From an uncultured Verrucomicrobiae bacterium (GTDB lineage Bacteria; Verrucomicrobiota; Verrucomicrobiia; Chthoniobacterales; UBA10450): a stretch of 64,000 nt of DNA. How positions within the stretch are numbered: the stretch's first letter is position 1; each line of letters opens with the position of its first letter. Positions 1 through 10,031 of this stretch are shown here, in pieces. The stretch spans positions 480,001 through 544,000 of the forward strand of contig CAWFGO010000002.1 of assembly GCA_963815455.1 (NCBI GenBank), given 5' to 3'. The notes beneath the pieces were generated by a model. It saw nothing but the letters and a program-made list of their open reading frames with translations. It did no database searches and had not been told where the DNA came from. A program made the position numbers and the translations under genes.

Positions 1-379
1 ACCGCCACCAGACTGCTTCCGCGCACATGATTGCGGTCGGACCAGCCTCGTTGGCAAGATCGCGAAGTCGCTCCACGCCTCTGCCAAATTCTTCCGTCTC
101 CATGTAATCGGCGTAACCGCGGAATGATTCATTACGCCAGGCCGTATTTCGCGAGTCCTTCCGGGATTTTCGTCGGCCGCCCAGTTCGGAAAAATGTTCG
201 TAGCGAATTCCGTGTTCGGTGAGCGTCTTCGCCAACGATTCCCGATTGAACTGCGGATACCGTTTCGATCCGGGAAACATCCTAACATCGGCAACAAGTT
301 TGATCTCGCTTTCCTCCAGCAACGAAATGAAGATGTCGATCTTGCGTGTCGAGTGTCCAATCGTCCAGATTGACTGCAT
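1..379 (-). CDS. DUF488 family protein (runs off the window start)
   Basis: Manual translation, absent from the ORF track: MQSIWTIGHSTRKIDIF...ADVRMFPGSKRYPQFN...ELGGRR...FRGYADYM...IMCAEAVWWR; the TIGHS, DVR and MCAE..WW motifs fit DUF488. Confidence 0.85.
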   Translation of the reverse strand, partial: MQSIWTIGHSTRKIDIFISLLEESEIKLVADVRMFPGSKRYPQFNRESLAKTLTEHGIRYEHFSELGGRRKSRKDSRNTAWRNESFRGYADYMETEEFGRGVERLRDLANEAGPTAIMCAEAVWWR

Positions 380-382
380 TAA

Positions 383-1246
383 ATGATAAAACGATGGCTC
401 GCTGTAATTGCAACGCTGCTAGTTGTCGCTTTTGGGGCAATCTATGCGCTCGGGTGGTTGCTAGCCAAACCAGTGCAGATGCGCATTGGCGAAGCACCGC
501 CGGATTTAAACGCGCAATCAATTACGTTCCGCAGCGATTCCGGCGCGACAATTCATGGCTGGTGGTGCCTCACTCGGAATAGTTCCGGGGCAATCCTTCT
601 CCTACCGGGAATCCGCGCAAATCGATTGAGTATGATCCGCCGGGCGCGTTTTCTGCGCCGCGCCGGCTATTCGGTCTTGTTGATCGATTTCCAGGCAACG
701 GGCGAATCCAAAGGCGATCACATCACATTTGGCTGGAAAGAAAGTCGCGATGTTATTGCTGCTGTCGATTTCATTCACCATGTCGATCCTATGGGGCGCG
801 TTGCGATAATCGGCAGCTCACTGGGAGGCGTCGCGAGCTTGCTGGCGATGCCATCACTAAAAGTGGATCGGCTCGTTCTCGAAGGTGTCTATCCGACTAT
901 CGAGATCGCAACGCGCAATCGAATGGAAAATTATTTTGGAGCAATTGGCCGAATGGTAACACCGCTTCTCCTGAACCAACTCCATCTTCGTCTCGGCGTT
1001 TCTGCCTCTGAATTGCGCCCAATTGATCGCATTACCGATGTCCGGTGTCCCGTCCTCATCATAAGCGGGGAAAAGGATGGGAACACGCGACCCGCTGACA
1101 CACGACTGTTGTTCGAACGCGCGCGACCACCGAAGGAATTATGGTTTATTCCAAACGCGGGGCATGTCGATCTTCACCAAGCTGCTCCGCACGAATACGA
1201 AACCCGAGTCTTGAAGTTTCTATCGGATAATGCGGCCCTGAACTGA
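383..1246 (+). CDS. alpha/beta hydrolase with N-terminal membrane anchor
   Basis: GSSLGG nucleophile elbow, GEKD and GHVD catalytic-triad motifs, N-terminal TM segment. Confidence 0.85.
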   Translation: MIKRWLAVIATLLVVAFGAIYALGWLLAKPVQMRIGEAPPDLNAQSITFRSDSGATIHGWWCLTRNSSGAILLLPGIRANRLSMIRRARFLRRAGYSVLLIDFQATGESKGDHITFGWKESRDVIAAVDFIHHVDPMGRVAIIGSSLGGVASLLAMPSLKVDRLVLEGVYPTIEIATRNRMENYFGAIGRMVTPLLLNQLHLRLGVSASELRPIDRITDVRCPVLIISGEKDGNTRPADTRLLFERARPPKELWFIPNAGHVDLHQAAPHEYETRVLKFLSDNAALN

Positions 1247-1310
1247 ACAAATTCATTGCAATCATTTTGATCGCAGCGAATCCCTGTTACGTTTCGTAAA
1301 CGAAGCAAAC

Positions 1311-1844
1311 ATGAACAAAATATTCTTATCAGCGACTATCGGGCTCGTTACATTAGCTCTTATGCAAGCAACCGAGATGCAGAAACAACCGGAGGCGGGA
1401 AAACCGGCGCCGGATTTTCGTTTAACGACCGGGGACGGTTCGCAGGTGAGCCTGAAGGATTATCGAGGCAAATGGGTCGTGCTCTATTTTTATCCGAAAG
1501 ATTTCACCAGCGGTTGCACCCTGGAAGCGAAGAATTTTCAGCGCGACTTGTCGAAATACGAGCAGGCCGGCGCAGTCGTGCTCGGGGTGAGCGTCGATAC
1601 CGCGCAATCGCACAAGGACTTTTGCGCCAAGGAAGGGTTGAATTTTAAGCTTCTGGCTGATACCGACGCGACGGTGGCAACCGAATACGGCTCGGTGATG
1701 GATTACAAAGGGGCGAAGATGGCCGCGCGCAACACGTTCCTGATTAATCCCGAAGGAAAAGTCGCCAAGGTTTACACCGGCGTGAAACCAGCCGACCACA
1801 GCGAGCAGATCCTGAAAGATTTGGCTGAATTAAAGAAGAGCTAA
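1311..1844 (+). CDS. bcp: peroxiredoxin (BCP/PrxQ family) with signal peptide
   Basis: VVLYFYPKDFTSGCTLEA peroxidatic-Cys motif. Confidence 0.9.
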   Translation: MNKIFLSATIGLVTLALMQATEMQKQPEAGKPAPDFRLTTGDGSQVSLKDYRGKWVVLYFYPKDFTSGCTLEAKNFQRDLSKYEQAGAVVLGVSVDTAQSHKDFCAKEGLNFKLLADTDATVATEYGSVMDYKGAKMAARNTFLINPEGKVAKVYTGVKPADHSEQILKDLAELKKS

Positions 1845-1861
1845 TCAACCTGGAGGCCACA

Positions 1862-2053
1862 ATGGCCACTCAACGAAAATCGATCGATTGCCGGGATCAT
1901 CCGAGTGAGAAGAATTGCTCGCTCAAACTTTCGGGGACAGAAGATGAAGTTCTCGATGCGGCGGTGCAGCACGCCGTTTCGGCGCACGGACACAAGAATT
2001 CGCCCGAACTGCGCGAGCAGATCAAATCAATACTGAAAGACGAGAACGATTGA
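1862..2053 (+). CDS. DUF1059-like small metal-binding protein
   Basis: DCRD...NCS...EDEVLDAAVQHAVSAHG pattern; GGAGG RBS upstream. Confidence 0.75.
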   Translation: MATQRKSIDCRDHPSEKNCSLKLSGTEDEVLDAAVQHAVSAHGHKNSPELREQIKSILKDEND

Positions 2054-2075
2054 TTGGGCCGGTCACTGGAAAGAG

Positions 2076-2951
2076 TTAGCGCCCCAGCGACACCGCCACT
2101 TTCCGTATATCCGCCAAAAAAGTGGCCGCCGGTTCGGAAAGATCGCCGCTCCACATTGCGGCGATCAATAAGGGTGAAAAGTTTCGCAGAGACAACGTTC
2201 TCAAGCCATGCTTTCTCCGTAACCCGGGCACTGCTACCGAAAGACCTACGCCAAAACCCAGAGACGCGTAGAGGTCTACTAAGTCAAGCGAGCTGACTTC
2301 GATGGTCGGTGCCCAAGCGAGCCCCAGCTTCCTCAAGCCGGTGTGAAAATGTTTCGAGATTACTTCATCCGGGGGCAGCGAAATCAAACCCGGCGATGGA
2401 TTATTGCCGCGGAAGAAGTCGCCAATCTTGCGAAATTTAGAGCGTTCGGGAACGATTAGAACCAAAGGCAGGCGCAGGAGGACGCAGGAGTTGATCAGTG
2501 CCGCTGGCTTTCCTTCCAATTCGGTAATGGCAAGATCGATTTCCCGTTTATGAAGCAATTCTTCGGCGATCGCTTGATTGGCGTCATGCAGAGTGAGGTG
2601 GAAATCAGGATACCGCCGTTTGTATTCGACGAATATCTTCGGCAAGTAGTCTCGGAGGATAATTGCAGGCGCAGCCAGGCGTAAGCGTTGACCTGCGTGG
2701 CCGCGGACTTGATGCGGAAGTTCGCTCAATCCGGCAAAGAACCGTTCAATTTCGCTGAAGAGCTTTACGCCGCCGGGGGTTAAGCCAAACGGACGGCGAT
2801 GAAACAGCCTGATTCCAAGAGTCTTCTCCAATTGGGCCAGCTGGCCACTAATCGCCGGTTGCTGAATACCGTAAGGCATCTTGCGCGCGGCAGCAGTTAT
2901 ACCCCGGTGCCTGGCGACGTGATAAAAAAGCTCGAGATGGTGGATATTCAT
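2076..2951 (-). CDS. LysR family transcriptional regulator
   Basis: MNIHHLELF...ITAAARKM...QQPAISGQLAQLEKTLG HTH; start placed at the ATG at 2951. Confidence 0.9.
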   Translation of the reverse strand: MNIHHLELFYHVARHRGITAAARKMPYGIQQPAISGQLAQLEKTLGIRLFHRRPFGLTPGGVKLFSEIERFFAGLSELPHQVRGHAGQRLRLAAPAIILRDYLPKIFVEYKRRYPDFHLTLHDANQAIAEELLHKREIDLAITELEGKPAALINSCVLLRLPLVLIVPERSKFRKIGDFFRGNNPSPGLISLPPDEVISKHFHTGLRKLGLAWAPTIEVSSLDLVDLYASLGFGVGLSVAVPGLRRKHGLRTLSLRNFSPLLIAAMWSGDLSEPAATFLADIRKVAVSLGR

Positions 2952-3036
2952 CTGTGCGGGATCATCGTCTGTATCAATGATTAATCCAAGCATTATCGAT
3001 TAACACAATTCTCCGCTAACGAGCGATCATAGGCGC

Positions 3037-3851
3037 ATGAATCTTTTCATCATTATCGGAATCCAGCAGGTTGCATCCTGGCCGAGCGTTTATGGCCCGC
3101 CATGGACCTCCCTCGAATCAATGCGTGGTGGGGCCGGGTCATCCTCATCAACTCGATCCAACTCGGGATCACCGTGCTGGCTGGACAAACCTGGAACCGC
3201 TGGCTCAATCACATGTCGATCTTTCATTTGAAAGACCACTTCAGCGATTGGTCGTCGGCGTTGATCATCTATCTCTTCTCGACGTTTGTTTACTATTGGT
3301 GGCATCGGTATCGCCACGAGTCACAGTTTCTCTGGCGAACACTTCATCAGATCCACCACTCGGCTCGGCGGTTGGAGATCGTCACCAGCTTCTACAAGCA
3401 CCCGGTAGAAATCTGGATCAACTCCGTACTCAGCAGTCTGATCGTTTATCCGCTATTCGGCGGTAGCGTGCGTGCCGCCGGCTACTACACCGTCCTCATC
3501 GCGGTCGGAGAATTCTTCTATCATTGGAATATCAAAACTCCCGCCTGGATCGGTTTCATCTTTCAACGCCCCGAATCGCATCGCGTGCATCATCAATTCC
3601 GGCACCACACGAATAATTTCGCGGATATCCCGCTTTGGGACATGCTCTTTAGAACCTTCAAAAATCCGAAAATATTTAGGGGACGCTGCGGTTATGAGAA
3701 TTGGCGCGAGGATCGGTTCGAGGACATGCTCGTCTTTCGCGATGTTCATGCGCCAGGCGTAGAAAAGCTCGCGCCCTTGCATTTCTTGCCGACGTGTATC
3801 GGATGCTCCAAGAGGTGGGCGTGCACCGCTTCGAGACAGATGGCTGGTTAG
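3037..3851 (+). CDS. sterol desaturase / fatty acid hydroxylase family protein (probable 1-bp indel near 3063)
   Basis: HRYRH, HQIHH and HRVHH His boxes; adding one base near 3063 joins MNLFIIIGI to AAGCILAERLWPAMDLP. Confidence 0.85.
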
Positions 3852-3852
3852 G

Positions 3853-4749
3853 ATGTTTACGATGAAACGATTTCTGATATTCGCCTCAACAGGGATGGCT
3901 GCCGCGAAGCGCAGAATTCTGCCGGGACCTCGAAGTCTGCTTGCAATCTGTGTCGTATATTTCGCTGTGATTCTTTTTGGACGTCTGCCGGACCATCTCA
4001 TTCTATTTCCAACGACCGCGCCGATTGAGACGCATGGAGCGGTTCGCACGATGATACCGTTCCAAACCGGCGAAATAGAATTGTGGACAGCGCGATCACG
4101 ACTCGAGAAAGAAAAAGGCGGCCCGGAGATTTACGTTTTGCGGTTTTATGGGAACGCGGACCGGGCCGACCGCTGGGTGGTGGCGGAGGCCGAGATGTGG
4201 AGTGGTCGCGCGGTTGAGATCTGGGGAATGAACTATCCGGGGTTCGGTGGCAGTACCGGGCCGGCCCGATTATCGCGAATGGGCCCGGCTGCGCTGGCGG
4301 CGTTCGACGAGTTGAACCGCGAAGCGAATGGAAGGCCGATCGTCGTATTCGGCGCCAGCATTGGCACCACCACGGCTCTGCATGTTTCGGCAAATCGATC
4401 CGTTGCCGGCTTGATCTTGCACAATCCGCCTCCCCTGCGGCAAATGATCCTTCAGCAACATGGCTGGTGGAACCTGTGGCTCCTGGCGGGGCCCATCGCG
4501 CTGCAAATCCCGCCGGACCTGGACATCATCAGCAACGCGAAACGGACGCACGCATCTGCGATTTTCCTGCTGGCAGAGAAAGATGAAGTGGTAGCGCCCC
4601 GTTTTCACCGAATGGTGGCCGATGCTTATGCCGGTGAAAAACGCGTGATCGCATTGCCCGGCGCGTATCATAATAGCCCGATCGAAAGCGCAGCCCTGGC
4701 CGAGCTTTACCACGCGCTCGATTGGCTGTTGCCGAAAACGACGCCGTAG
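3853..4749 (+). CDS. alpha/beta hydrolase
   Basis: FYGNA, NYPGFGGS, GASIG, DEVV and HN motifs. Confidence 0.8.
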   Translation: MFTMKRFLIFASTGMAAAKRRILPGPRSLLAICVVYFAVILFGRLPDHLILFPTTAPIETHGAVRTMIPFQTGEIELWTARSRLEKEKGGPEIYVLRFYGNADRADRWVVAEAEMWSGRAVEIWGMNYPGFGGSTGPARLSRMGPAALAAFDELNREANGRPIVVFGASIGTTTALHVSANRSVAGLILHNPPPLRQMILQQHGWWNLWLLAGPIALQIPPDLDIISNAKRTHASAIFLLAEKDEVVAPRFHRMVADAYAGEKRVIALPGAYHNSPIESAALAELYHALDWLLPKTTP

Positions 4750-4750
4750 T

Positions 4751-5020
4751 TGGCCGTGGATTTCGTGGAAAACTCAAACAATACGCAGGAGAGGTGTGCC
4801 CACGAAACACACGAAATAACACGAAAAATTTAGATAGAGACTTCGGCGGCTCGCCGGGTCATTGCCGCGGTGGGTTCCAACTCATGGGGACCGAGGCGAC
4901 TTGTCGCTCCGCATAAATAGCTGGGTCGCCTACGGCGACCGTCTCCATGACCTTTCGAGTTTTCCGTGTGTTTCGTGGGCAAATCTTTTCTCCGATCCGC
5001 GTTATCTGCGTAATCCGCGG
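4751..5020. repeat. nested intergenic inverted repeats with 9-bp-period motifs
   Basis: gcccacgaaacacacgaaa (~4798) is inverted against tttccgtgtgtttcgtgggc (~4961); inner catggggac...gtctccatg palindrome; atccgcgttatctgcgtaatccgcgg at 4996-5020. Confidence 0.65.
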
Positions 5021-5070
5021 TTTTTATAAACTTTGTTGCCTTCGTTATCTTCTGTAAAAGACAGATCGGT

Positions 5071-5658
5071 ATGAACCAGATGGGCAGCTTCGAATTCATC
5101 GCTGCGCTGATGTCGATCATCGTTGGGTTGGGCGTGACCAATCTTCTGGCCGGGGCGGGGCGCACGCTATTTCGACGGCGGCAGAATCCGATCGATGAAG
5201 TCCATGTCGTCTTCACGGTGGCAACCCTGCTCCTCCTTGTCTTGCAATGGTGGGTGACGTTCAAGTGGAATTCGCAGGTCAATTGGAGTTTCGATGAATT
5301 CCTGATCCTGATCGCCTGGACCATCTCGCTCTACATGATGACCGTTTTCCTTTACCCGCCCGACCTTTCGGAGGAGGAAGAGCAGCGGGACCGATTCCAT
5401 CGGAACCGCACCGGATACTACTCGACTTTTCTGGCCATGTGCCTGCTCGACATCGCCCAGACAGCTATTCGCGGCGACATTTTCCACCCGGTGTGGTACT
5501 TCCCGTTCGTCGGCCAGTACGCGCTGGTCGCCGTTGGGGGTCTGGTGGCCCAGCGGCGCAGTTACAACCGCTTTTTCGCCTGGTACCTGTTGATCACGCT
5601 GCTAATCTGGGCGCTGGTGGTGCGACGATATCTGGTGAGCGACGCGATCAGCGGTTAA
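5071..5658 (+). CDS. hypothetical multi-pass membrane protein
   Basis: 195-aa ORF with ~6 hydrophobic segments. Confidence 0.75.
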   Translation: MNQMGSFEFIAALMSIIVGLGVTNLLAGAGRTLFRRRQNPIDEVHVVFTVATLLLLVLQWWVTFKWNSQVNWSFDEFLILIAWTISLYMMTVFLYPPDLSEEEEQRDRFHRNRTGYYSTFLAMCLLDIAQTAIRGDIFHPVWYFPFVGQYALVAVGGLVAQRRSYNRFFAWYLLITLLIWALVVRRYLVSDAISG

Positions 5659-5722
5659 ACGCTCAGCCGCAGCGAGATTCCATGACCACAAGAAGAAGTC
5701 GGCCAGTTATTCACAAATGCGG

Positions 5723-5752
5723 TTGACACTTGCGGAGTCCATCGGCTAGAAC
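5723..5752 (+). promoter_or_regulatory. sigma70-like promoter of the outer-membrane protein gene
   Basis: TTGACA (5723-5728), 18-bp spacer, TAGAAC (5747-5752), then 7 nt to ATG 5760. Confidence 0.5.
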
Positions 5753-5759
5753 CACGGCA

Positions 5760-6575
5760 ATGAAAAAACTCACCTTAACCTGTACAATCTTGTGGGCAGC
5801 TTGCGCCTTCACTTTCGCCGGCGCGCCGGAACGCTATCAATCCAAGGAACCGATCGTAGAACTTCCGCAATGTGCTCAGTTCGGAGGCTGGGAGTTCGGC
5901 GCCAACGTTGGCGGGGCTGTGCTCGACTCGACCTGGAACGATAATGACAATTGGATCGACAACTTCTCGTCCGATTTTAACACGTCCAACCCGAGCAAAA
6001 GCCGGGAGGGCGTGACCCTTGGCGGCTCGGTTGGCTACAACTTCCAAAGGGGCTGCGCTCTCTTCGGGCTCGAAGCCGACGGGAGTTGGACGAGCATCGA
6101 GGGCACGGACCATCACAGCCCGTTCCCTGATGGGACCGAACTGAGAATTCACGATGCACTCAACTTTTGGGGATCGGTCCGGGCCCGCAGCGGCGTCGTG
6201 GTGGACAATCTTCTCCTCTATGTGACAGGTGGTTTCGCATTCGCAGACATCGACCACGATTGGTCGGTCGGAGACAGATCTCCTGACGCCGTCAACAGTC
6301 AATCCTCCGCCGTGAACGCTCCAGATGGTCAGTTTTCGGGGATGGAATCCTTCTCAGCGGATTCGTTCCGCTGGGGTGGAGTCGCCGGAGTAGGTGCAGA
6401 ATGGGCTATCAACAAGAAATGGAGTCTCAGGTCCGAGTTTCTTTACATCCATTTCATCGAGGATAACACCAGCGGCTTCAGCGAGGCTGGCAACCAGGAA
6501 GTGCACTTCGATACTCAAGACGCAATGTTCGTGAGCCGATTTGCTCTCGTCTACCGGTTCGGTAGCGGGAATTAG
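5760..6575 (+). CDS. outer membrane beta-barrel protein (Omp25/Omp31-like)
   Basis: Signal peptide; GYNFQ.G..LFGLEAD, GSVRARSG...LLYVTGG, GVGAEWA..KWSLRSEF; C-terminal YRF. Confidence 0.8.
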   Translation: MKKLTLTCTILWAACAFTFAGAPERYQSKEPIVELPQCAQFGGWEFGANVGGAVLDSTWNDNDNWIDNFSSDFNTSNPSKSREGVTLGGSVGYNFQRGCALFGLEADGSWTSIEGTDHHSPFPDGTELRIHDALNFWGSVRARSGVVVDNLLLYVTGGFAFADIDHDWSVGDRSPDAVNSQSSAVNAPDGQFSGMESFSADSFRWGGVAGVGAEWAINKKWSLRSEFLYIHFIEDNTSGFSEAGNQEVHFDTQDAMFVSRFALVYRFGSGN

Positions 6576-6606
6576 TTTCTGGCGTTCGTCTAGACCGATA
6601 ACTTTG

Positions 6607-6641
6607 AAAGGGCTCCGGCATAATGCCGGGGCCCTTTTTTT
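6607..6641 (+). terminator. intrinsic terminator
   Basis: aaagggctccggca-taa-tgccggggccc followed by a T-run, between convergent genes. Confidence 0.8.
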
Positions 6642-6678
6642 CATGCAGTTGCTGCGTCGAGCGTCTTGGCCGGCGCAA

Positions 6679-7803
6679 TCAGCCGATCTTCTTTCGAAAT
6701 AGCAACGCGCAGACTGAGAAAAGCACGATCGACATCACGATGAGGATCGCGAGATTCGGCCAGTATTCGATAAAATGCGCGCCACGCAGAATGATTGCGC
6801 GCATGAGCGAGATGAAATAGGTCGCGGGCAAGAGCGTGCTGAGGGCATAGAAAATCGACGGCATTGTTTCGCGCGGGAAGACGAAACCGGAGAAAAAAAC
6901 ACTCGGCAACATGAACGTCATCGACATCTGGAGCGCTTGCATCTGGTTCTCGGCTTTCGTCGCCACGAGCAAGCCCAGGCTGAGCAGCGCAAACACGTAA
7001 ACGAGAGTCGCGAACAGCATCGCGAACACGCTGCCGGCGATGGGCACACCAAAGAGAAAACGCATGATAAGGAAAAGAAGAATCGCCATGGCCATGCCGA
7101 TGCAGAGATACGGCACAAGCTTGCCGAGCATTAACGCCCAGCGGCTCAATGGACTCACCAGGAGTTGTTCCAGGGTCCCCTTCTCCCGCTCACGCACCAC
7201 CGCCATGGCGGTGGCGAAGGTCGTTCCGATTTGCAGCACAATGCCGATCACGCCCGGAATATAAAAGTTCGGGCTCTTCATTGCCGGGTTATAGAGCATT
7301 TGCGGCCGAATCTCGATCGGGACACTGCGTCGTCCGGTTTCTCGCAACAACGTTTCGATCGATTGGGTCAGCCCGACGGCCAGCGCAGTGTTGAGCGCCT
7401 GCAGCGCGGTCGTGGAATTAGAACCGTCCACCAGCAATTGCACCTGGGCCGGATTGCCCGCGCGCACGTCGCGAGTGAATGTCGGCGGAATTTCCAGGCC
7501 AACATAGGCGCGGCCTCTGCGGATTTCGCTGGCCAGCTCGTCAACGCTCTGCACTTCGCCGACCACGCGAAATGTTTCCGTGTTCACAAATCGATCGATG
7601 AACTGCCGGCTCTCGACTGTGCGATCCTGATTCAAGATCATCATCGACATGTGTTTTACGTCGGTGTCGAGCGCGTAACCGAATGCGACCATCTCCACCA
7701 ATGGTGGAAAGAACATGAAGAACAACGTCATCGGATCGCGCCAGACGATGATGAATTCCTTGAACAGAATCGCGCTAAGGCCGCGGAAAGGTTTACGTTT
7801 CAT
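6679..7803 (-). CDS. ABC-2 type transporter permease (YbhR/YbhS-like)
   Basis: KEFII..RDP, REREKGTLEQLLVSP, SGFVFPRETMP. Confidence 0.9.
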   Translation of the reverse strand: MKRKPFRGLSAILFKEFIIVWRDPMTLFFMFFPPLVEMVAFGYALDTDVKHMSMMILNQDRTVESRQFIDRFVNTETFRVVGEVQSVDELASEIRRGRAYVGLEIPPTFTRDVRAGNPAQVQLLVDGSNSTTALQALNTALAVGLTQSIETLLRETGRRSVPIEIRPQMLYNPAMKSPNFYIPGVIGIVLQIGTTFATAMAVVREREKGTLEQLLVSPLSRWALMLGKLVPYLCIGMAMAILLFLIMRFLFGVPIAGSVFAMLFATLVYVFALLSLGLLVATKAENQMQALQMSMTFMLPSVFFSGFVFPRETMPSIFYALSTLLPATYFISLMRAIILRGAHFIEYWPNLAILIVMSIVLFSVCALLFRKKIG

Positions 7804-7816
7804 TTTTACTTTGCTC

Positions 7817-7947
7817 TGTCATCCCGAGCGCAGCGAGGGACCTCACATTCGCACTTAACGGGATCACACATTCCTGATTCATGATCGCTTCGTTGCTCCC
7901 GGGCGTTGTCTGTACTCCCGGGGTCCTTCGCTTCGCTCAGGATGACA
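7817..7947. repeat. GTCA-tagged palindromic unit (long ~130-bp type)
   Basis: tgtcatcccgagcgcagcgagggacctc...gggtccttcgcttcgctcaggatgaca; same termini as the units flanking the GIY-YIG gene. Confidence 0.85.
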
Positions 7948-7953
7948 AGCATG

Positions 7954-8913
7954 TCATGCCGCTTTCTTCTGCTGGCCAGCATGTTTCTCGCTCAACGTAA
8001 CGAAGACATCCTCGAGCGACGGCCCGATCTCGTGAATTTCGGCGCGGCCGATTCCGACATTGCGCAGTTTCCCGTCGATCTCAGCCTGCTGGACGCTCTC
8101 ATCGACAAGCAAGTGCATCGATTGGCCGAAAACCGTGGCGCTGCGAACGCCCTCCAGTTGACGCATCGCTTGCAATGCGGTCGTGACATGATCGCAGGTG
8201 ACATCGAGACGCCGCGTGCCGGCCGGGCTCACTTCGGGCATCCGCTTCAATTCATCCGGCTCGCCGCACACAATCAACTCCGACATGTAAATGTAGCCAA
8301 CGTGATCGCAGCGTTCCGCTTCATCCATGTAATGCGTCGTGACGAAAAGAGTCATGCCTTCGCCGGCGAACTCGAAGAGGAGATCCCACAGTTCACGACG
8401 CGCCACCGGATCGATGCCCGCCGTCGGTTCATCCAAAAAAAGAACAGTTGGCTTGTGCATGAGAGAACAGGCCATGGCCAAACGCTGCCGCCAACCGCCG
8501 GAAAGCATATCGGCCCGCCTGTCGAGGTAAGGCTCCAGGTGAGTCAGAGTGATCAGCTCGTCACGCCGCTGGGTCAAAGGACGGCCGTTCAAACCGTAAA
8601 GCTTGCCGGCAAAGAGCAAGTTTTCGTTCGTGGTCAATTCATCGTAGAGCGAAAATTTCTGCGACATGTAGCCGATCATTTCTTTGATCTCGTCGCCTTG
8701 CTTGATGATGTCGTGCCCGCCGATGCGCGCGCTTCCCTCGGTCGGCTCGAGAATTCCGCACAGCATCCGAATCACTGTCGATTTGCCGGAGCCGTTTGGA
8801 CCGAGAAAACCGAAGATCGAGCCTTTGCCCACGGAAAACGACACATGATCGACAGCGGTAAACGCGCCGAAGCGTTTGGTCAGGCCTTCGCACTCGATCA
8901 TTGGTTCGCTCAT
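7954..8913 (-). CDS. ABC transporter ATP-binding protein
   Basis: GPNGSGKST, LSGG, LDEPT, TTH; start trimmed to MSEPMIEC. Confidence 0.92.
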   Translation of the reverse strand: MSEPMIECEGLTKRFGAFTAVDHVSFSVGKGSIFGFLGPNGSGKSTVIRMLCGILEPTEGSARIGGHDIIKQGDEIKEMIGYMSQKFSLYDELTTNENLLFAGKLYGLNGRPLTQRRDELITLTHLEPYLDRRADMLSGGWRQRLAMACSLMHKPTVLFLDEPTAGIDPVARRELWDLLFEFAGEGMTLFVTTHYMDEAERCDHVGYIYMSELIVCGEPDELKRMPEVSPAGTRRLDVTCDHVTTALQAMRQLEGVRSATVFGQSMHLLVDESVQQAEIDGKLRNVGIGRAEIHEIGPSLEDVFVTLSEKHAGQQKKAA

Positions 8914-8915
8914 CT

Positions 8916-9074
8916 TGTCATCCCGAGTTGCGCAGGCGCGTGTCGTCATCCCGAGCGAAGCGAGGGACCTCACAGTCGTCGTTCAAGGACAGAGCCACAC
9001 TGGAAGCCCGATCGCATGATTGTTCGCGAGCGTTGCATCTTCTCGCGGGGTTCTTCGCTTCGCTCAGGATGACA
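8916..9074. repeat. GTCA-tagged palindromic unit (8944-9074) plus a truncated arm (8916-8927)
   Basis: Reverse complement matches the units at 41770-42886, including the interior caatcatgcgatc. Confidence 0.85.
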
Positions 9075-9107
9075 CGCATGGAATATCGCTTCCTGTTTCG
9101 CGCAGAC

Positions 9108-10007
9108 TCATTTCACATTCGGAAAATAAACATCGGCCGACATGCCGGCCCGGAGGCGCTCTTCATCGCTGGGCAATCGAATCTTTACGCCAAAGACCTG
9201 GCGAATCCGGTCGGCGACAGTTTGGACATTGCGCGGGGTAAACTCGGCCTGGCGATTGATCTGTTCGACCACGCCGTCGAAATCCTTGTCTGGAAACGAA
9301 TCGACCCGCACCCGAACATGTTCCCCGACCTTGATCCGGCCCAGCCACGGCTCCGGAACAAACACGCGGACCCAGAGATGCGCCGGCAGGAGCAAAGTGG
9401 CCACTTCGCGATTAGCCGGCAACACGTCGCCAACCTTTACGCTCAAGACCTCGAGAATGGAATCGGCCGGCGCGGTGACCTCCATCTCAGCCATTTGGGC
9501 ATCGATATCGGCCAGTTGCGCCCGCGCCATCGTAATTCGCATCTTCGCTGCTTCGACGCTTTTCTCCTGGGCGTTCGCTGCGCTGCTGGCGCGCTCGGCG
9601 TCATTCGGGGAAACAACCTTGCGCTTAAGCAAGTCCTGCTGGCGCTTGGCGTCATCGCGCATGAATTCGAGCTGGGCCTGTTGGGCGGCCGCATCGTGAA
9701 TGGCAGTATCAATTTGGGCGGCGGCAAGGTCGCGCCGCGCCAGCAACTCTGTCGCTTCCAATTTCACGATCGGCTGACCGGCGCGCAGCTTGTCCCCTTC
9801 CCACGCGAAGATTTTCTCAACCCGCCCACCGGAGCGCGGCCCGACGTGCACTTCGTCCACTTCGATCGTTCCGGAAACGGCGTCGCTCCGGGACCCGCAA
9901 GCGGCGAGGAGGATCGACAACCCGATGAGAGCGGTGGCACAACATTGGATGTCGATCTTGTTTCGCACGAACAACGTTAAAGAACGGGATTTCGCTGTCT
10001 TTCGCAA
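9108..10007 (-). CDS. HlyD-family efflux periplasmic adaptor subunit (start uncertain)
   Basis: Lipoprotein-like LAACG; SGTIEVDEV..G.RSGGRV; AEFTPRNVQT; GMSADV. Confidence 0.88.
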   Translation of the reverse strand: MRKTAKSRSLTLFVRNKIDIQCCATALIGLSILLAACGSRSDAVSGTIEVDEVHVGPRSGGRVEKIFAWEGDKLRAGQPIVKLEATELLARRDLAAAQIDTAIHDAAAQQAQLEFMRDDAKRQQDLLKRKVVSPNDAERASSAANAQEKSVEAAKMRITMARAQLADIDAQMAEMEVTAPADSILEVLSVKVGDVLPANREVATLLLPAHLWVRVFVPEPWLGRIKVGEHVRVRVDSFPDKDFDGVVEQINRQAEFTPRNVQTVADRIRQVFGVKIRLPSDEERLRAGMSADVYFPNVK

Positions 10008-10031
10008 GCGATTGAACCTTTACTGCTCGGC

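Noticed and set aside
7906..9980. Long plus-strand ORFs (388 aa and 359 aa) and similar antisense ORFs such as 54278-55369 and 37928-39037
   Set aside because: Shadow ORFs opposite well-supported genes in GC-rich DNA, with no recognisable motifs.
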